A stretch of DNA of 63,568 bases, counting the filler, from Saprolegnia diclina VS20 (lineage: Eukaryota), in assembly GCF_000281045.1 (NCBI RefSeq). It is 5 parts of 2 records of this genome, joined end to end, with 100 filler letters (N's around TTAATTAATTAA, not from the genome) between each part and the next. Parts side by side here need not be neighbours in the genome. Positions count along the whole stretch, not along the records: positions 55,978 to 62,378 come from NW_008246079.1; positions 62,479 to 63,568 come from NW_008246080.1; 3 more parts are not named here. The stretch is one strand, 5' to 3'. The position numbers and the translations under genes were made by a program. Below, piece after piece: positions 59,490 to 63,568 of this stretch. How positions within the stretch are numbered: position 1 is the first letter of the stretch; the number at the start of each line of letters is the position of its first letter. Under the pieces are notes generated by a model that was given only the letters and a program-made list of their open reading frames with translations, was not told the origin of the DNA and ran no database searches.

Positions 59490-60503
59490 CTATGCAACGG
59501 GCGGGAGGAGCGCTGTGGTCGACTTGTATTGCGCATCGGGGCTCAGCATGAGGCGCTGGAACGCTGTCGGCTCCATGAGGTTGTTCTGAAGCGATACCGT
59601 GGCCGTCACCGCCGCCAAGGCGGCGGCACCGCGCTCGCCAATAAAATTATGGTCCAAGTCCAGCATGAGGCCGCGGCGGTGCGTCGCGCGGTCGGCAAGC
59701 GCCATGGCTCCGGCGTCGGAAATGCAGTTGCCTTGGAGGGCGACCGACTGGAGGCTCGGGCTCCTCTCCACGAGCTGTGCGATTCGGTGCGTGATCGGGT
59801 CGTGGAGGCCATCGCAATAAACGCGCGAGAGCTCAAGAGTGCACAGGTGCGGGTACGTCATCGTCTCGAGGCCGGTCAGTGCCCACTCGACGGCGTTGTT
59901 GGAGCTCATGTCCATATCGTCCATGACCACGTCGCCAAAGCCAAAGCGGTTGGCGCCCGAGAGCCGAAAATCGGCGAGGTTCGGAAACTGGTGCAACCAG
60001 CGCGGGCTCGTCGGCAAGCGGGCAGCGTGCAGCAAAAGCGACGTCACATGCTGCGGCACGGTCACCTGCGCGGCGCGGTTGGTTGCCGCCAAGGCCATGA
60101 CCGACTGTGTGTCGAGGAACGTGCAGATCATTCGAAGCGCGCCGTCGTGGCCGTCGAGGAGGAAACTCGAGGTTGCCCTGTGGCGCTTGACGAGGCTGCT
60201 GGTCGGACTCGTCGGCGCCTTGCGCTTCTTGCTGACCTCGCTCTGCTGCGCGTAGAGCTTGATGATGAGCGCGTGGAGGCGCTTGCACAGCGTGCGCGGG
60301 TTGCGGTACTCATCCATCGAGTGGGCGCGGGAGTAGAGCGCGAGCTCGGCGCGGCGGGCGATGCCCGAGATACGCGCGTCGATCGCGCCGTACTTGGTCT
60401 TCAACACCATGAGGACGTGGAAGAGTACAAAGCGTCGCGCGGACGCGTCGGCGTCCGACTGCCACTTGAGGCGCAACGGGGCGTCGAGCGGCGATGCTTC
60501 CAT
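59490..60503 (-). CDS. KIX-like + F-box-like + LRR (RNI-type) protein
   Basis: WQSDADASARR...ARRAELALYSRAHSMDEYRNPRTLCKRL; KKRK; LRMICTFLDTQSVMALAATNR; LQSVALQGNCISDAGAMALA and LDLDHNFIGERGAAALA; intronless from ATG 60503. Confidence 0.75.
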   Translation of the reverse strand: MEASPLDAPLRLKWQSDADASARRFVLFHVLMVLKTKYGAIDARISGIARRAELALYSRAHSMDEYRNPRTLCKRLHALIIKLYAQQSEVSKKRKAPTSPTSSLVKRHRATSSFLLDGHDGALRMICTFLDTQSVMALAATNRAAQVTVPQHVTSLLLHAARLPTSPRWLHQFPNLADFRLSGANRFGFGDVVMDDMDMSSNNAVEWALTGLETMTYPHLCTLELSRVYCDGLHDPITHRIAQLVERSPSLQSVALQGNCISDAGAMALADRATHRRGLMLDLDHNFIGERGAAALAAVTATVSLQNNLMEPTAFQRLMLSPDAQYKSTTALLPPVA

Positions 60504-61804
60504 GATGGCGACGCTTGTGAAATGAACCTTCTCGTTGCACTGCCACATACAACGCGTGCGTGGCCTGCCAAAGCGGCTGCACCGTTGGTTCAACATATGG
60601 TTTTGACAGCGTTCTGATTGGTGGATGAACATTGAATACGCGCACGTGATTGGTGGGTACGTGGACTGGCTTGACATGGAGACTGCCACGTGTAGAGGCT
60701 GCACGCCCTCTCCCAGCTCTCCCAGTGGCATACTGGGCGTTATATACTGCGTTGCTTTTGACAACGCAGCAGGTTAGTCGAGCTGCTGGGGAAGCACGTT
60801 CGGGGAAAAGGCACCGAGGACCGACCTCAACGCATACAAACAGCAAGTGTAGCGCAAAGGGTCTGCCCTGTCCGGGGCTGTGAAAGTGGGCTGCGTCTCG
60901 TCCCACGAGTACAAAAGCATTTTCGGACGAAACGGTTTGACATTAAAATGGACGGTCACCTGCGGCTTCGCTCGACCGTCCATTTCTGTATCACGTCGCT
61001 CTGCCTTCCTCTCGGCCATGCACTACGGACAACGCCCCGTCAGACCATTCGCCCTCGCTTCGCACGCCGCAGGACGCGAGGCGAGGAAGCTTGCGGCGCT
61101 GACTTCAATGGTATGATAGAATGCGACGCATCTCGACGGCTGAGCACACTTCTTGGCCACGTGAGAACCATAACACTGCACACTACTGCATGCACAACGT
61201 CGCGCAGCGGTCAATGGAGTAGCGTGGTACGACTGGCCAACTCGATCGACGAGGAAGGCCCTACTGGAGGATCGTTACCAGAAGGGCTCGGTGGACTTAC
61301 AAGACGCCCTAGCATGGACTGAACACCTCGGTCGTCGCTGCCCACGGGTACACCCACCGTACGCGAGGTCGTCCTGCGTCCTTCTCGTTGTATTAGTGTA
61401 GAAAACGCGCGGGTCGGTTTGCCCGATAGCTCGATATGTTATCTGAGATCTGAGATTCGTGATATAGTAGCGTCTAAGACAGCCGCAATAAGAGGTCGAC
61501 AGTAGGTCTGCAGTGTCTCGTAGTACGAATGTGAGTGTGCATAACACCGTGATACTACTGTCATTTGCGGTGGCTTGGAACAAAATAATATGTTCTTGTC
61601 TCAAAAGCGCGCATCGCTCAGCTTAATTGTCCATCACGACGATACAACTCGTAGCAAGGCTATAGATATCCATTGAATGGACTGGCTCGTCGCCACCTCA
61701 AAGTACCAAAGCTCGTTCGCGGGTTCGCGGGATCGTCTGAAACCAGCCTGAGACCTTGCAACTGGACGTTTGTAGCGCAGGGAATGCGGTACGCATGTAC
61801 CTTG

Positions 61805-61851
61805 ACTCAGACATGGGTCAATAATAAAGTATTATTGACCCATGACTCAGA
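61805..61851. mobile_element. 33-bp perfect hairpin between 7-bp direct repeats; putative P-type transposon excision footprint
   Basis: ACTCAGA (61805-61811) + CATGGGTCAATAATA-AAG-TATTATTGACCCATG (61812-61844) + ACTCAGA (61845-61851). Confidence 0.68.
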
Positions 61852-62478
61852 TTACCCTTGCGAGTGTACCACTGGGAGCGGAAGGTCGCAACATGTCGAT
61901 CGCACGCGCAAGTAGTACTAAGAAGGGCCATGCAAGCGGGCGCGATTACATTGAGCGTTGAATACATCGTGTGGGCGTCACATACAGTGTAATCGCGGGG
62001 GTTGCATGCCTTTTGTGCAAGAGATGCGCGTACTGACACTGACACGACCGCCACCATAGCCTCGCCGATGCATGCAAGTACAATATAAGGACACGCGACA
62101 GCGGCTTCTACCGAGTTGGCAGGGAGCACTGTCGTCAGGCCTTGTAACATCGACCCGGCGAGCTTTCGAAGATCCAGTATCGCTCGGTCGAGAGATCACC
62201 GCCGACAGCCTACGATGCTGGCACCTGACGAGAACTTTGCCGGCCTCGAAAATGCGAAAGAGATTACCGACTGAGAACACTGCAGCGATGCATACTTGCT
62301 CGTGGTTCATTTTCCATTGCTCCTCGCAATACCCACATGTGGTCCCGCGCCCTGCTCCTCACTGCGACGTTGCTCGCTNNNNNNNNNNNNNNNNNNNNNN
62401 NNNNNNNNNNNNNNNNNNNNNNTTAATTAATTAANNNNNNNNNNNNNNNNNNNNNNNNNNNNNNNNNNNNNNNNNNNN

Positions 62479-63568
62479 CCTGTGAGCTGTGCGGATTGTC
62501 CCAAATGAGTTGTTGTCGAAATTTGGGCGAGTTCGCAAGCTTGCCGAGTTCCTCCAGCTGCTTCATGGAAGTTGCACCAATGCGCGCCGTCTGGCGCACG
62601 CAGGCGTGTCGTTCAAGCTGGTTGAACGCCGTGGCAATGAAGAGAGGATCATCGAAGCGGCCGTCGTAAAAGCGGAAGAAGTGACGCAGTAGCGCTGGAT
62701 TCATGCTTCCTTTTGGAGCTCCTATAGTATAGAGCAGCATGAACGCATTGTTGTTGGAAGCATTGTGCCATACCTTTGCCGAGCATAAACAAATGGGGGA
62801 AAACACATGCCATGAGTGCGTCGTTTTGGTCCCACTCGCAAATCGGATCGTCGTCGCTCGTGACGACAGCCACCAACGGGTCGCTAGTGCTGCCTGGAGC
62901 TTGGTTATCAACGTCCGTGCTACCAATGTGCGGCGACCGGAGGACATCGACTTGATCGTCGCTTGTATTGACGTGCCCGTATTGGTCGTCATCAGACGCG
63001 CGCTCGGTCACTAGCCCAGCGACAGCCTCAAGCGCGTTGATGATTTCGTCGTCGTCGTCGGCGACATCCGGCCCATCGCAAACCTCGTCGTTGTCGATGG
63101 TGTCGTCTGGGCACACAATGTCGCAGAATGCATCAAGGTACGCATTGACTGTCTTGTTGACGGCAGACACTTGGGCGAGGACAGCCGAGTATTCGAGACT
63201 TGGAACCGATGCGATCCGGTCATATGCAGTGGCCGGTTGCGTGGTGCGTGCAACGAGAGTGCCTCGTTGCACGAGGCACATGCAGCGATGCGCCCGGATC
63301 CGGCATCTCGCTGGCGTCTCCTGACAGCGTGCAGCGTCTGCCTAACCAACTGCATCCCCAACAGCTCGCAAGATGCGTTCGCAAACTGCGTGACCACCGG
63401 GGCCGTTAAGTGACTCGTCGTGGCACACATGAGCGTCGGGTTGCCCGAGCAGTAATTGTGAAGTGCTGCGATGGCTAGTTTTGGGTGCTTGGTAAAGTTT
63501 TGCGACGCTGCGATCTTCAAGCCGCACGACCTTTTCTTCGTGCGTCTCGGTGGCCTTCTCGACGGCGC
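62479..63568 (-). mobile_element. Helitron/Helentron-type Rep-helicase gene fragment, degenerate
   Basis: FPHLFMLGKG and LLRHFFRFYDGRFDDPLFIATAFNQLERH match motifs that precede the Helitron_like_N/Rep core; frames are broken; bounded by a gap and the window end. Confidence 0.72.

Overview
This is gene-dense eukaryotic DNA from an oomycete, most likely a saprolegnialean such as Saprolegnia (inferred from GC-rich coding, 40-50 nt GT-AG introns, oomycete-type ABCG/AAAP/GH5 families and IFT88). It is a draft assembly with several N gaps, some carrying an artificial TTAATTAATTAA marker. Left to right the window holds: a disrupted beta/gamma-crystallin-like gene; a calcineurin-like phosphoesterase; three tandem, intronless, membrane-anchored Ntn-hydrolases of the choloylglycine hydrolase/penicillin V acylase family; a 1.43-kb non-autonomous LTR retroelement with an intact TSD; an EXO1-like nuclease; an inverted pair of GH5 genes lacking both catalytic glutamates; PLAC8; a KDEL thioredoxin-fold protein; an intron-rich block (membrane cyclic-nucleotide PDE, giant EF-hand/WW/IQ/ankyrin protein, IFT88, Kelch-EGF surface protein); a PDR-type ABCG plus paralog fragments; three AAAP amino-acid permeases; a deleted FAAL::alpha-oxoamine-synthase pseudogene; a C1-VPS9-FFAT protein; a KIX-like/F-box/LRR protein; and a Helitron-type Rep fragment. 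The best leads are (1) the bacterial-type PVA-like hydrolase triplet rebuilt as type I membrane proteins with YxxPhi tails, (2) three related 21-66 bp hairpin inserts flanked by 7-8 bp direct repeats that look like P-element-type excision footprints, (3) the twin GH5 pseudoenzymes, and (4) the FAAL-AOS fusion relic. All family calls come from reading motifs by eye, no searches were run, and exon boundaries of the multi-intron genes are approximate.
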